DNA of 64,000 bases, taken from the NCBI GenBank assembly GCA_036270275.1, contig DATBCV010000019.1, positions 10,883 through 74,882 on the forward strand, written 5' to 3'. Made by a program: the position numbers and the translations under genes. The notes beneath the pieces were generated by a model. It was not told the DNA's origin and made no database searches. It saw only the letters and a list, made by a program, of their open reading frames with translations. The stretch comes from Chthoniobacterales bacterium (lineage in GTDB: Bacteria; Verrucomicrobiota; Verrucomicrobiia; Chthoniobacterales; UBA10450). Positions 9,944-19,130 of this stretch are shown here, piece by piece. Position 1 is the stretch's first letter; each line of letters begins with the position of its first letter.

Positions 9944-10375
9944 TTACGCGACTTTTACCGCTTTGGGCTGTTGTGCCGAATGCGGATGCTCTTCGCCGCG
10001 ATAAACCTTTAATTTACGATAAACGGAACGGCCAAGACGATTGTGTGGAATCATTCCGCGAATCGCTCGTTCGACCAGTAATTCAGGATGACGCGCTCGA
10101 CGAGCGCGCACGGTCTCGGATTTGTGACCGCCGACGTAACCAGAAAAACTCATGTAGGTCTTTTGCTCTTCCTTCTTGCCCGTGACGCGCACTTTCTCGG
10201 CGTTGATGACAATCACGAAATCGCCAGTGTCGACGTGCGGAGTAAAAACGGACTTCTCCTTGCCGCGTAAAAGATTGGCTGCCTTCACCGCGACCCGCCC
10301 GAGCACCTGATCTTTGGCATCAATCAGCCACCAGTTTCGGTCGATCTCAGTTGCTTTAGCGGAAAACGTTTTCAT
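9944..10375 (-). CDS. rplM: 50S ribosomal protein L13
   Basis: The start is placed at MKTFSAK. The sequence W.LIDAKDQVLGR...GDFVIVINAEK matches L13. Confidence 0.95.
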   Translation of the reverse strand: MKTFSAKATEIDRNWWLIDAKDQVLGRVAVKAANLLRGKEKSVFTPHVDTGDFVIVINAEKVRVTGKKEEQKTYMSFSGYVGGHKSETVRARRARHPELLVERAIRGMIPHNRLGRSVYRKLKVYRGEEHPHSAQQPKAVKVA

Positions 10376-10478
10376 CGGCGTCTGGGAAAGGGCACGGAAG
10401 CTACCGGTGTGAGACAGCGCTGTCAACCGGCGGAATTGGAACCGATTTGGGCATCAAAGGTGCTTTCTAGAAATTATA

Positions 10479-11099
10479 ATGAGTCTCAGATTTCTAGTCA
10501 GCGCCCTCCTCCTTCTTTCCATCACTTCCCCCGCTTTCGCCCGCGACAAAGCCGCCCAGCCAGAATCAGCTTCCGGCGCCGCAGTTTTACGTGAAATCAA
10601 TCTCGCCCGGGAAAATCCGAGTCACTACGCAAACTTCGTCTCCGAAGCGCGTCCGCTTTTCATGAAAGAACATGGCCGTGCGGTTGATGAAGCCGTTCGC
10701 TTCTTACAAAAAGCCAGGCCACTTGCAGCGTTGAGCTTGTCGCCCGGAATGAGTCGCGCCGCAGCGGACCATTGCGCCGAGCAGATTGGCGGAGAACTCG
10801 GCCACGAAGGAAGCGATCGAAGTCACGGGGGCGATCGAATCAGCCGTTACGGAAGCTGGAGCTCAACCTGGGGTGAGAACATTTCCTACAGCAGAAAAAG
10901 CGCGCGCGAAGTTGTTGTAGCCTTACTCATCGATGATGGCGTGCGTGATCGCGGTCATCGCAAAAATATTTTTAATCCGAAATTTAATTACGCGGGAGCG
11001 GCGTTTGGACCGCACGCGCGCTATCGCACCGTCTGCACAATCGATTTCGCGGGCGGCTATGCGGAACGCGCAGAACAACTCGTCGCGAAAAACCCGTAA
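10479..11099 (+). CDS. secreted CAP/SCP (PR-1-like) domain protein
   Basis: A signal peptide ends in AFA. CAP-type motifs include LREINLAR, HEGS, GENI and HRKNIFNPKFNYAG. Confidence 0.75.
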   Translation: MSLRFLVSALLLLSITSPAFARDKAAQPESASGAAVLREINLARENPSHYANFVSEARPLFMKEHGRAVDEAVRFLQKARPLAALSLSPGMSRAAADHCAEQIGGELGHEGSDRSHGGDRISRYGSWSSTWGENISYSRKSAREVVVALLIDDGVRDRGHRKNIFNPKFNYAGAAFGPHARYRTVCTIDFAGGYAERAEQLVAKNP

Positions 11100-11163
11100 C
11101 GCATCGAGATTGTCGATCTTGGCGGGGGATCACAGTCCGCCGCGGTTTCTGCCGGGGATTTTG

Positions 11164-11439
11164 TTAAGGATCGGCTTTCAACATTGCGGCGCGCATCGCG
11201 TCACGAAATTCCTTGTGCGCCTGGCGCATTTTTTCGTGCGCCGCTTGGACAACCGGGTCCTGCATCGCCTTTTGCCGAGCGGCCTGCACTTTTTGCCGTT
11301 CGTCCGCTGAAAGATTTGCCAGCCGCTGCTCCCATCTTTTTCCACGCGCTCCGGGTGCATCGTCTTGACTGAAAACCGCCGGAGCGAATTGAAGCGCCGC
11401 GGTCAAGATCGACATCGTGACTAATGATTTCATTTTCAT
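11164..11439 (-). CDS. small secreted helical protein, unknown function
   Basis: 91 aa with a signal peptide ending in VFS, followed by Gln/Ala/Lys-rich helices. Confidence 0.45.
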   Translation of the reverse strand: MKMKSLVTMSILTAALQFAPAVFSQDDAPGARGKRWEQRLANLSADERQKVQAARQKAMQDPVVQAAHEKMRQAHKEFRDAMRAAMLKADP

Positions 11440-11525
11440 ACGTCAGATAAGACAACGGGCGACGGCAAAGGTTACGAAAAAGGCAGCTAGCCATTTGTCT
11501 CACGCCAGATTAATTCGTTCTCGCG

Positions 11526-13052
11526 ATGACGAAGGCACCTGAACAGAAGAGCGCGATCACTCCGCGGCGCGAAGAAGATTTTCCCGAGTGGTATCAACAG
11601 GTCATCCGCGCGGCGGAACTGGCCGAGCCAAGCGACGTGCGCGGTTGCATGGTGATTCGTCCGTGGGGTTACGGGATTTGGGAGAACATGCAGCGCGAGC
11701 TCGACGCCATGTTTCGCGCGACCGGACATCGGAATGCGTACTTCCCGTTGTTCATTCCGCTGAGTTATTTCGCAAAAGAAGCCGAACACGTCGAAGGCTT
11801 CGCGAAGGAATGCGCCGTTGTCACGCACACGCGCCTCGAAGCGGGCGCCGACGGAAAACTGAAACCGGGCAGCCCGTTGAACGAACCTCTCGTCGTCCGG
11901 CCGACATCGGAAACAATTATCGGAGCGAGTTACGCGAAATGGGTCCAGTCCTATCGCGATCTTCCAATTCTTTTAAATCAATGGGCAAACGTTGTCCGAT
12001 GGGAGATGCGGCCGCGGTTGTTTTTGCGAACGACGGAATTTCTTTGGCAGGAAGGCCACACCGTTCACGAGACCGAAAAAGAAGCGCGCGCGGAAGCAAT
12101 GCTCATCCTCGAGGTATATCAACGTTTCGCGCAGGAACATCTCGCCGTTCCCGTTTTTATCGGCGCGAAATCGGAGAGCGAAAAATTTCCCGGCGCGGTG
12201 GAAACACTAACGCTTGAAGCGATGGTGCAAGACCGGAAGGCGATTCAGGCGGGAACTTCGCATTTTCTGGGACAGAACTTTGCCAAGGCGAGCGGCATTC
12301 AATTTCAAAATCGCGAAGGGAAGCAGGAAGTCGGCTGGACGACGAGTTGGGGAATGACGACGCGCATGGTCGGCACGGTCGTGATGATGCACAGCGACGA
12401 TGACGGACTGGTATTGCCGCCGCGAATCGCGCCGACCCAGATCGTGATTCTGCCGATCACGCCAAAAGAAGATACGCGCGCGAAAGTTTTGGAAGCTTGC
12501 GACGCGCTTGCCCTGCAATTGCGCGGCAAACGATTCGCGGACGGTGCGCTTGAAGTGGAAGTGGACCGGCGTGATCTTGGCGGCGGCGTGAAAAATTGGG
12601 AATGGATCAAGAAAGGCGTGCCGATTCGTGTGGAAATCGGGCCGCGTGATCTTCAAACCAACTCCGTCACTGTTTCCCGCCGTGACCAACCGGGAAAATC
12701 CAAAGAGACGATGTCGATCCAGGAATTCGCGGCGAACGCGGCGGAAATTCTGATGTCGATCCAAAACAATCTCTTCGCGCGCGCTAAGAAATTTCAGGAG
12801 GAAAACACGCGAGTCATTAACTCCAAAGAAGAGTTTTACGATTTCTTCACCGCGAAAAATACTGGTAAACCGGAGATCCACGGCGGGTTCGCGCTCGCAC
12901 ACTGGAACGGGGCGCGAGAGGTGGAGGAACAAATCAAAAACGATTTGAAGGTGACCGTGCGCGTGATTCCGTTCGGCGATCCGGAACCCGGCAAATGTAT
13001 TTTCACCGGCGAACCGAGCGCCAAACGCGCGATTTGGGCGAAGTCTTATTAA
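11526..13052 (+). CDS. proS: proline--tRNA ligase (archaeal/eukaryote-like type)
   Basis: 508 aa with FPEWYQQVI...RGCMVIRPWGY, class II motifs and the C-terminal Tyr typical of this ProRS type. Confidence 0.95.
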   Translation: MTKAPEQKSAITPRREEDFPEWYQQVIRAAELAEPSDVRGCMVIRPWGYGIWENMQRELDAMFRATGHRNAYFPLFIPLSYFAKEAEHVEGFAKECAVVTHTRLEAGADGKLKPGSPLNEPLVVRPTSETIIGASYAKWVQSYRDLPILLNQWANVVRWEMRPRLFLRTTEFLWQEGHTVHETEKEARAEAMLILEVYQRFAQEHLAVPVFIGAKSESEKFPGAVETLTLEAMVQDRKAIQAGTSHFLGQNFAKASGIQFQNREGKQEVGWTTSWGMTTRMVGTVVMMHSDDDGLVLPPRIAPTQIVILPITPKEDTRAKVLEACDALALQLRGKRFADGALEVEVDRRDLGGGVKNWEWIKKGVPIRVEIGPRDLQTNSVTVSRRDQPGKSKETMSIQEFAANAAEILMSIQNNLFARAKKFQEENTRVINSKEEFYDFFTAKNTGKPEIHGGFALAHWNGAREVEEQIKNDLKVTVRVIPFGDPEPGKCIFTGEPSAKRAIWAKSY

Positions 13053-13101
13053 CGCCGATCTATTGACGGCTCGCATCGCGCATCGTTTATTTCCGTTCTT
13101 G

Positions 13102-13347
13102 ATGGAATTAAAACTTTATAGCCGCGAATGGTGTTCGTGGTGCATCGACGCCAAGGAATATCTTGAATCACGCGGCTATAAGTTTCTCGAGATCGACGTT
13201 GGCGAAGATCGACAAGCCTACGAAGAGATGAAGCAACTCTCGGAGCAAACTTACGTTCCGACGTTTGTCGCAGGCGATTACGTGCTCGCAAACTTCGACA
13301 CCGATCAGCTCGAGAAATTCCTGAGCGAGCATCAAATTACTCCCTGA
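13102..13347 (+). CDS. glutaredoxin-family protein
   Basis: The start is placed at MELKLYS. The active site is CSWC, followed by YVPTFVAGD. Confidence 0.7.
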   Translation: MELKLYSREWCSWCIDAKEYLESRGYKFLEIDVGEDRQAYEEMKQLSEQTYVPTFVAGDYVLANFDTDQLEKFLSEHQITP

Positions 13348-14162
13348 TGCTCTTCAAGCTTTTCATCCTGCTCGGGGTGGGAGTGCTCGCGGTCGCGCTC
13401 CGTAGTTTTCAAAGTTCGTTTGCACAAAAAGCCGGCGCGATCGCGATCCTGATCGTTTCCTATCTCTTCGTTTATTTCATCAGCGACAGTCATCTGCTCG
13501 GCGCAATCGCGGCCGTCGCGTGGTTTTTTCTGCCATGGGTCGAAATCCTCACGCGCATCCGGACGTTGCGTTTACCGAAAGAAAAACGTCTTCGTCCAAA
13601 ATCACCGCCCTCGAGCGACACTTTCCCGACGCTCAACGAAATCACCCGCGAGATCGAAAATGAGGGATTCGTCCACGTGAACGACGCGGGCTGGGACTGG
13701 GAAGATTACCGCCAATTTTTCCGGCTCTTTTACAAGGCGGAAGATCGCGCGCAGGCGACCATCTGCTTGAACGAGCAACACGATCTCTCGTTTTATTATT
13801 TGCGAATCTCTTCACGCGCGCGCGGCGGCGTCATTTGGACAACATGGAATTACCCGCTCTCCTACGGATTGAAACTCACGCCGCAATTTCGAATTAATCG
13901 TGAGCGGGCCGACCAATCTTTCTGGCAGCTTTATCAAAGTCACCGCGCGTTTTTGCGGAAAAATAATGTCCTGCTGGAGGCGATTGCCGAGCTCGACGAG
14001 GAAATGATCGAGAGTGAAATGGAACGCGATTTACGGGAACAGATCGCGCACAACATCGACAAAGGCGTGCTCAAACCGACGCCACAAGGCGATGTGAAAT
14101 ATTCCTGGCGCGGGATGGTTTATCTTTGGTGCCAGTTTCTTTTGGATCTCGTTCGGCTTTAG
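13347..14162 (+). CDS. membrane protein, unknown function
   Basis: 271 aa. Its ATG overlaps the glutaredoxin stop (TGATG). It has 3 N-terminal TM helices and a soluble C-terminal domain. I recognised no family. Confidence 0.5.
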   Translation: MLFKLFILLGVGVLAVALRSFQSSFAQKAGAIAILIVSYLFVYFISDSHLLGAIAAVAWFFLPWVEILTRIRTLRLPKEKRLRPKSPPSSDTFPTLNEITREIENEGFVHVNDAGWDWEDYRQFFRLFYKAEDRAQATICLNEQHDLSFYYLRISSRARGGVIWTTWNYPLSYGLKLTPQFRINRERADQSFWQLYQSHRAFLRKNNVLLEAIAELDEEMIESEMERDLREQIAHNIDKGVLKPTPQGDVKYSWRGMVYLWCQFLLDLVRL

Positions 14163-14249
14163 TTCGTGTCGCTGATTTAGCGATTTAGCGAATTGATGAC
14201 TGAGCGATTGAAATCGTTAAATCAGTGAATCGCTAATTCGTTAATTTCT

Positions 14250-14810
14250 TCACACCTTCATGATCTCAGCTTCTTTGTGCTTGAGATGATCGTCGATGGA
14301 TTTGACGAACCGGTCGGTCAGTTTTTGAATCTGGTCTTCAACATCGCTCATTTCGTCTTCGCTGATACCACCGCCCACTTTTAATTTTTTCGCTTCATCG
14401 AGTGCAGCACGGCGATTGCCACGGACGCGCACGCGCGCTTCCTCCGCCATTTTGCTTAGCGCTTTCGCGAGTTCTTTGCGGCGTTCTTCCGACAGTTCAG
14501 GAATCGGAAGGCGAATGATTTTTCCGTCGACTGCCGGCGTGATGCCGATCTTCGATTCCTTGAGCGCGCGCTCGATGTCCTGAACCGTGCCGGCGTCGAA
14601 CGGCTGCAGGACGAGCAGGCGCGATTCCGGAGTCGTGATCAATGCGAGCTGTTTGAGTTTCATGCTCGAGCCGTAGGCCTGCACGTCGATGTTTTCGACG
14701 AGCGCGGGCGACGCTTTGCCCGTGCGCACGCCGGAAAATTCGTGCACCAGATAATCGACGCTTTTTTCCATCGACACCTCGGCTTCCAAAAGAATTTCGT
14801 CTTTGTCCAT
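14250..14810 (-). CDS. frr: ribosome recycling factor
   Basis: 186 aa with full-length RRF similarity (GRASPALVENI...LPIPELSEERRKEL). Confidence 0.95.
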   Translation of the reverse strand: MDKDEILLEAEVSMEKSVDYLVHEFSGVRTGKASPALVENIDVQAYGSSMKLKQLALITTPESRLLVLQPFDAGTVQDIERALKESKIGITPAVDGKIIRLPIPELSEERRKELAKALSKMAEEARVRVRGNRRAALDEAKKLKVGGGISEDEMSDVEDQIQKLTDRFVKSIDDHLKHKEAEIMKV

Positions 14811-14822
14811 GCGCGTAAATTT

Positions 14823-15563
14823 TTACTTCGTCTCGGGATCGTCGCAAACGAGCGTGCCCACTTTTCGACCGAGCACCGCGTCCCGCAAAATGCCCGGTTT
14901 GTACATATCGAAAACCACGATCGGGATTTTGTTGTCCATGCACAAACTGAAAGCAGTCGAATCCATCACTTGCAGCCGTTTGGTCAGAGCTTCGCTAAAA
15001 GTGATGCGGTCGAATTTTTTCGCATTGGGATCCTGGTTGGGATCGCGATCGTAAACGCCGTCCACTTTGGTCGCTTTCAAAATTACGTCCGCGCCGATCT
15101 CGCTCGCGCGCAATGCCGCCGTCGTGTCCGTTGAGAAATAAGGATTGCCCGTGCCGGCGGCGAAAATTACTACGCGTCCGAGTTCCAAGTGTCGAACAGC
15201 GCGACCGAGAATAAACGGCTCGGCCACGTTTTTCATTTCAATCGCCGTTTGCACGCGCGCTTCCACGCCGATCTTTGTCAGCGTGGTGCGCAAGGCGAGC
15301 GCATTGATCACGGTGGCGAGCATTCCCATGTAGTCCGCGGTCGTCCGATCCATTCCGCGCTCCGCGGCGGACGAGCCGCGCCAAATATTTCCGCCGCCGA
15401 TTACGATCGCGATTTGCACGCCAAGCTTGCTGACCTCGCCGATGCGCTCCGCGATTTCGCGCACCACTGCCGGTGAAATGTTTTCGCGCGCGCCGCGTTC
15501 CTGAAGCGATTCGCCGCTCAACTTGAGCACAACGCGTTTGTAAGCCGGCGCCTCCGTCTTCAT
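14823..15563 (-). CDS. pyrH: UMP kinase
   Basis: The start is placed at [18 protein letters not shown]. The sequence [11 protein letters not shown] and the classic frr-pyrH neighbourhood support the call. Confidence 0.95.
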   Translation of the reverse strand: MKTEAPAYKRVVLKLSGESLQERGARENISPAVVREIAERIGEVSKLGVQIAIVIGGGNIWRGSSAAERGMDRTTADYMGMLATVINALALRTTLTKIGVEARVQTAIEMKNVAEPFILGRAVRHLELGRVVIFAAGTGNPYFSTDTTAALRASEIGADVILKATKVDGVYDRDPNQDPNAKKFDRITFSEALTKRLQVMDSTAFSLCMDNKIPIVVFDMYKPGILRDAVLGRKVGTLVCDDPETK

Positions 15564-15666
15564 GGCAGGCCAAATGAAACGCGAGGATGTCGATCTTGGA
15601 AAGTACAAAGGCGCGCTGCCTGAGCGTGATCAAAAGACGTGGCCGCGATTTGTGAATCGCTAAGGC

Positions 15667-15963
15667 CTAGCCGCGCTTGCCAAAAATGCGCATCTGATCG
15701 GCCGCTTCCTGGAGCTCATCCAATTTTTCGAGCGCGGCCTTTTGCTTCGCCAACACTTCCGCGTTACCGGCCTTGATTTGTTCGAGCGCTTTGATCGCGT
15801 CGGGAATGGACTGAGTTGTAGCTGGAGCTGGCGCGGCGGTTGTCGATTTTACGGAGGTGACTGCATTCGCAGGCTGCACAATAATTGGCGCCGGAGATTG
15901 CGCGTTCAATGCGACAACTCCGATGACGAGCGGCAATAGAAAAAAAGGTTTCGCGCGGATCAT
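15667..15963 (-). CDS. small secreted coiled-coil protein (paralog 1)
   Basis: 98 aa with a signal peptide, then a helical KQKAALEKLDELQEAADQMRIFGKRG tail. Confidence 0.5.
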   Translation of the reverse strand: MIRAKPFFLLPLVIGVVALNAQSPAPIIVQPANAVTSVKSTTAAPAPATTQSIPDAIKALEQIKAGNAEVLAKQKAALEKLDELQEAADQMRIFGKRG

Positions 15964-16205
15964 TTCGATCTCTTGGTGTAAATTCGAGCTTCACGAATCG
16001 TGTTCGCGAGCTCATTCAGTTTCTGCTCGATCTTCCCCTCGTTCTCCGCCATTTGCGCTTGCTGCGCCTGAATATCTTTGACCAGAGCGAGAAGCTTTTG
16101 TTCCTGATTCGACTCCGGACTTTGTGCGGCGCCAAACGAGATCGTGAGCAACATCACGGCGATGATTGGCGTGAGGAGGCGATGCGTTACTCGAAAACTC
16201 AGCAC
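15960..16205 (-). CDS. small secreted coiled-coil protein (paralog 2)
   Basis: A GTG start at 16205 gives a signal peptide. The tail KIEQKLNELANTIREARIYTKRSK parallels paralog 1. It overlaps paralog 1 by 4 nt. Confidence 0.45.
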   Translation of the reverse strand: MLSFRVTHRLLTPIIAVMLLTISFGAAQSPESNQEQKLLALVKDIQAQQAQMAENEGKIEQKLNELANTIREARIYTKRSK

Positions 16206-16327
16206 GTAAGGTGAATTAGCAAGTCGTGTTCCGCCCGTCGAATCGCGACAGTTGATTTTGCCACCCGCGCGCACGCACGGCCCGTAACCTGCTTGCCTGT
16301 CGCTCGCCCGACAGTAAACTCCACACT

Positions 16328-17749
16328 ATGGCCGGACCTGGAATGCATCAGACGCAGAATCTTTCTCTTCAGCAGGTTCTTGCCCCGCAACTCCAACAAA
16401 GTTTGCTCATCCTTCAGGCACCGCTGCTTGAACTGCGCAATCTCGTCCAGCAGGAAATGGAAACCAATCCGGTGCTGGAAGAATTAGCCGATCCGCCCAA
16501 TCCCGACGCGCCGGCCGCAGAATCGGAAGCTCCCGCGGAAGACAATTTCAAAGAGGAATTCGATAAGCTGGCGAAGCTCGATGACGAATGGCGCGATTAC
16601 ATGGCGCAATCGTCGAGTTACAGCGGTCGCTCGCAGGAAGCGGAAGAAAAGCGCCAATTCTTTTTCGATTCAATTCCGACTCAGGAAACGTTGCAGCAAC
16701 ATTTGATGAGTCAGCTCAACCAAAACGCGCTCGACGCTGATGATCGCAAAACGGCGGAACTCATCATCGGCAACATCGACGACAATGGATTTCTTCAAAC
16801 GACGCCCGAGGAAATGGCGCTCAACACGGGCATCGCGCAGGAAGATTTCGAAACCATGCTCACGCTCATTCAGAGCTTTCATCCGCCGGGAGTGGGCGCG
16901 CGCGACTTGCGCGAATGCTTGTTGATTCAACTCAAGCGCGAAGGCCGGCAGACCAGTTTGGAATACAAGATCGTCGCCGATCATATGCAGGATTTGGGCA
17001 AGCGGCGATTTCCAGAGATCGCGCGCCGGATGGGAATCAGCGTCGAGCAAGTCCAGAAATGCGCCAACAGCATCGCGCAGCTTGATCCCCGGCCGGGAGC
17101 GATATTCGCGGAAGCGCCGAAAAATTATGTGCTGCCGGATGTCACGGTCGAAAAAATAAACGGCACCTACCAGGTCATCTTAAACGGCGAACAAATTCCG
17201 CATCTCCGCATCAGCAACACTTACAAAGACATCATGGCGCAGGACCGCAACGGCAGCGACGTGAAGGATTATATTCGCGACAAAATTCGCAGCGGAAAAT
17301 TTCTGATCAAATCGATCCACCAGCGTCAGCAGACAATTTCCAACATCGCCCACGAGATCGTGAAACGGCAGCGCGATTTTTTCGACAAAGGCTCGGCGTT
17401 TCTTAAACCGATGACGATGGTGCAAATCGCGGACGCGGTCGGCGTTCACGAAACAACCGTGAGCCGCGCGATCTCCGGCAAATACATGTCCACGCCACAG
17501 GGCGTTTTTGAGATGAAATATTTCTTCACGCCCGGTTACCAAACCGCCACCGGAGAATCGATGAGCAACACCAGCGTGAAGGAAGCGATCCTCGATCTGG
17601 TGAAAGGCGAAGAAGGCGGAGCGCCGTTGAGCGACAAAGAGATCGTCGAAATCTTGAGCAAGCGCGGGATTCCGATCGCCCGCCGCACCGTGGCGAAATA
17701 TCGGACCGAGCTGAACATCCTGCCGAGCAACATGCGCCGGCGCTATTGA
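16328..17749 (+). CDS. rpoN: RNA polymerase sigma-54 factor
   Basis: 473 aa with a Gln/Leu-rich region I, the HTH HETTVSRA and the RpoN box ARRTVAKYR. Confidence 0.95.
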   Translation: MAGPGMHQTQNLSLQQVLAPQLQQSLLILQAPLLELRNLVQQEMETNPVLEELADPPNPDAPAAESEAPAEDNFKEEFDKLAKLDDEWRDYMAQSSSYSGRSQEAEEKRQFFFDSIPTQETLQQHLMSQLNQNALDADDRKTAELIIGNIDDNGFLQTTPEEMALNTGIAQEDFETMLTLIQSFHPPGVGARDLRECLLIQLKREGRQTSLEYKIVADHMQDLGKRRFPEIARRMGISVEQVQKCANSIAQLDPRPGAIFAEAPKNYVLPDVTVEKINGTYQVILNGEQIPHLRISNTYKDIMAQDRNGSDVKDYIRDKIRSGKFLIKSIHQRQQTISNIAHEIVKRQRDFFDKGSAFLKPMTMVQIADAVGVHETTVSRAISGKYMSTPQGVFEMKYFFTPGYQTATGESMSNTSVKEAILDLVKGEEGGAPLSDKEIVEILSKRGIPIARRTVAKYRTELNILPSNMRRRY

Positions 17750-17807
17750 TTCGGCGATTGTCGATCTTGTAATTTGGAGCGAGCTCGCAGACTCTTCGAG
17801 TTCGTCA

Positions 17808-18167
17808 ATGGCTCGCTCGCTTCGCACCAAAGTAATCGCCGAATGGCGCGGTCTGCCTGAAAAAACCGTCACGCACAATCGCTGGAGCGCGCCGGTCGAT
17901 CTCTTGCCGAAGCTCATGCAGCGGCTCGGACTGAAAGATCGGTTACAGGAAACTGAAGTGCTCGAGGCTTGGAGCCACATCGTCGGTCAGTTCATTGCCG
18001 CTCATTCCGCGCCCGTCGCATTGCGCGAAGGTGTTCTTTACGTGCGCGTCCTTCAGCCGGCGTTACATTATGAACTGGAGCAAGTGGCGAAGATCGACAT
18101 CATCCGAAAACTGAAGCAGCGCTTCGGCGGCAAAGTCATTCGCGACGTTCGATTCCGGGTCGGCTGA
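17808..18167 (+). CDS. DUF721-domain protein
   Basis: 119 aa with W..IVG..IA.HS.P..L.eGvL.V.V....A.EL, typical of DUF721. Confidence 0.7.
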   Translation: MARSLRTKVIAEWRGLPEKTVTHNRWSAPVDLLPKLMQRLGLKDRLQETEVLEAWSHIVGQFIAAHSAPVALREGVLYVRVLQPALHYELEQVAKIDIIRKLKQRFGGKVIRDVRFRVG

Positions 18168-18272
18168 GCAAAAGTCCAATAGGAGGGCCAATGCGTGCAG
18201 AAGTCAGCCTCGAATGGGTCCTCTAAAAAGGTTATTGACAGACTTCGCCAGAATCCCGATAAACGACGCCCT

Positions 18273-19049
18273 ATGAAAAGATTCATTGCCTTAACTTTTA
18301 TTGTTCTTGCGCTAGTGGGACTAACGCAAATCGGATCCGCTGGGCCTGAGCGGATGAGTTCCAAAGAAATCGCGCCAGTGCCGACGCCCGAATGCGATTG
18401 GACCGGTTGGTACATCGGTGTCCACTTCGGAGGGGGCAATGCCAAGACTGATTGGCAGCCGCTCGACGACCTTCAGAACGAGGTTGTCGCAACGCAAGAT
18501 GTGCCATTCATTTTTGGCGGATTGCAGGTTGGTTACAACCGTCAGGTCAATAACTGGCTCGTTGTCGGATGGGAACTGACTGCATCAGGCGGCGGCCTCG
18601 ATGACACAAAGAGCATGCTGGTCGATAGTGGCGAAGAGCTCGACCACTATAAGAGCGAGAGTCATTTTATGGCCACACGTGCTGGCCGGATCGGTTTCAC
18701 CAGCATGAACAATCACGCGCTTTTCTATGTTCGCGGGGGTATGGCAGCCACGCAGTGGGAGTTTGATTTCCTTCACGATGAAAACCCGGGTCTAATCTTT
18801 GGTGGGTCCGCAGAGTTCGACCACTGGAATGAAAGCGGGTGGACAGTCGATCCCGTGCTTGGAATCGGCATTGAATACATGTTCAATTGTCATTGGTCCA
18901 TGAAGATGGAGTATAACCATATCTTCATTACGGACTTCTCGGTCCAAGGGACGTTGCACGAAGATTTCGAATCTCCCGAGGGGGATCATGGATATCAATA
19001 CCAGATCAAGCACGACACCGTGCAGCTGGGCGTGAACTATCATTTCTAA
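18273..19049 (+). CDS. outer-membrane beta-barrel protein (OmpA-like barrel / OMP_b-brl)
   Basis: The start at MKRFIAL gives a signal peptide. Alternating beta-strand sequence ends in a terminal aromatic (VNYHF). Confidence 0.7.
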   Translation: MKRFIALTFIVLALVGLTQIGSAGPERMSSKEIAPVPTPECDWTGWYIGVHFGGGNAKTDWQPLDDLQNEVVATQDVPFIFGGLQVGYNRQVNNWLVVGWELTASGGGLDDTKSMLVDSGEELDHYKSESHFMATRAGRIGFTSMNNHALFYVRGGMAATQWEFDFLHDENPGLIFGGSAEFDHWNESGWTVDPVLGIGIEYMFNCHWSMKMEYNHIFITDFSVQGTLHEDFESPEGDHGYQYQIKHDTVQLGVNYHF

Positions 19050-19071
19050 GCTGTTTCAAGCGAATTAGCTG

Positions 19072-19110
19072 AAACGCCGGAGGCGCTCGTCGTCTCCGGC
19101 GTTTTCTTTT
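19072..19110 (+). terminator. rho-independent terminator
   Basis: An 11-bp stem (aaacgccggag / ctccggcgttt) is followed by a T-rich run. Confidence 0.8.
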
Positions 19111-19130
19111 CGGCTGGAGATCCGGAGCGC

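Noticed and set aside
12207-13076. 289-aa minus-strand ORF
   Set aside because: It is antisense to proS.
17180-17980. 266-aa minus-strand ORF
   Set aside because: It is antisense to rpoN and the DUF721 gene.
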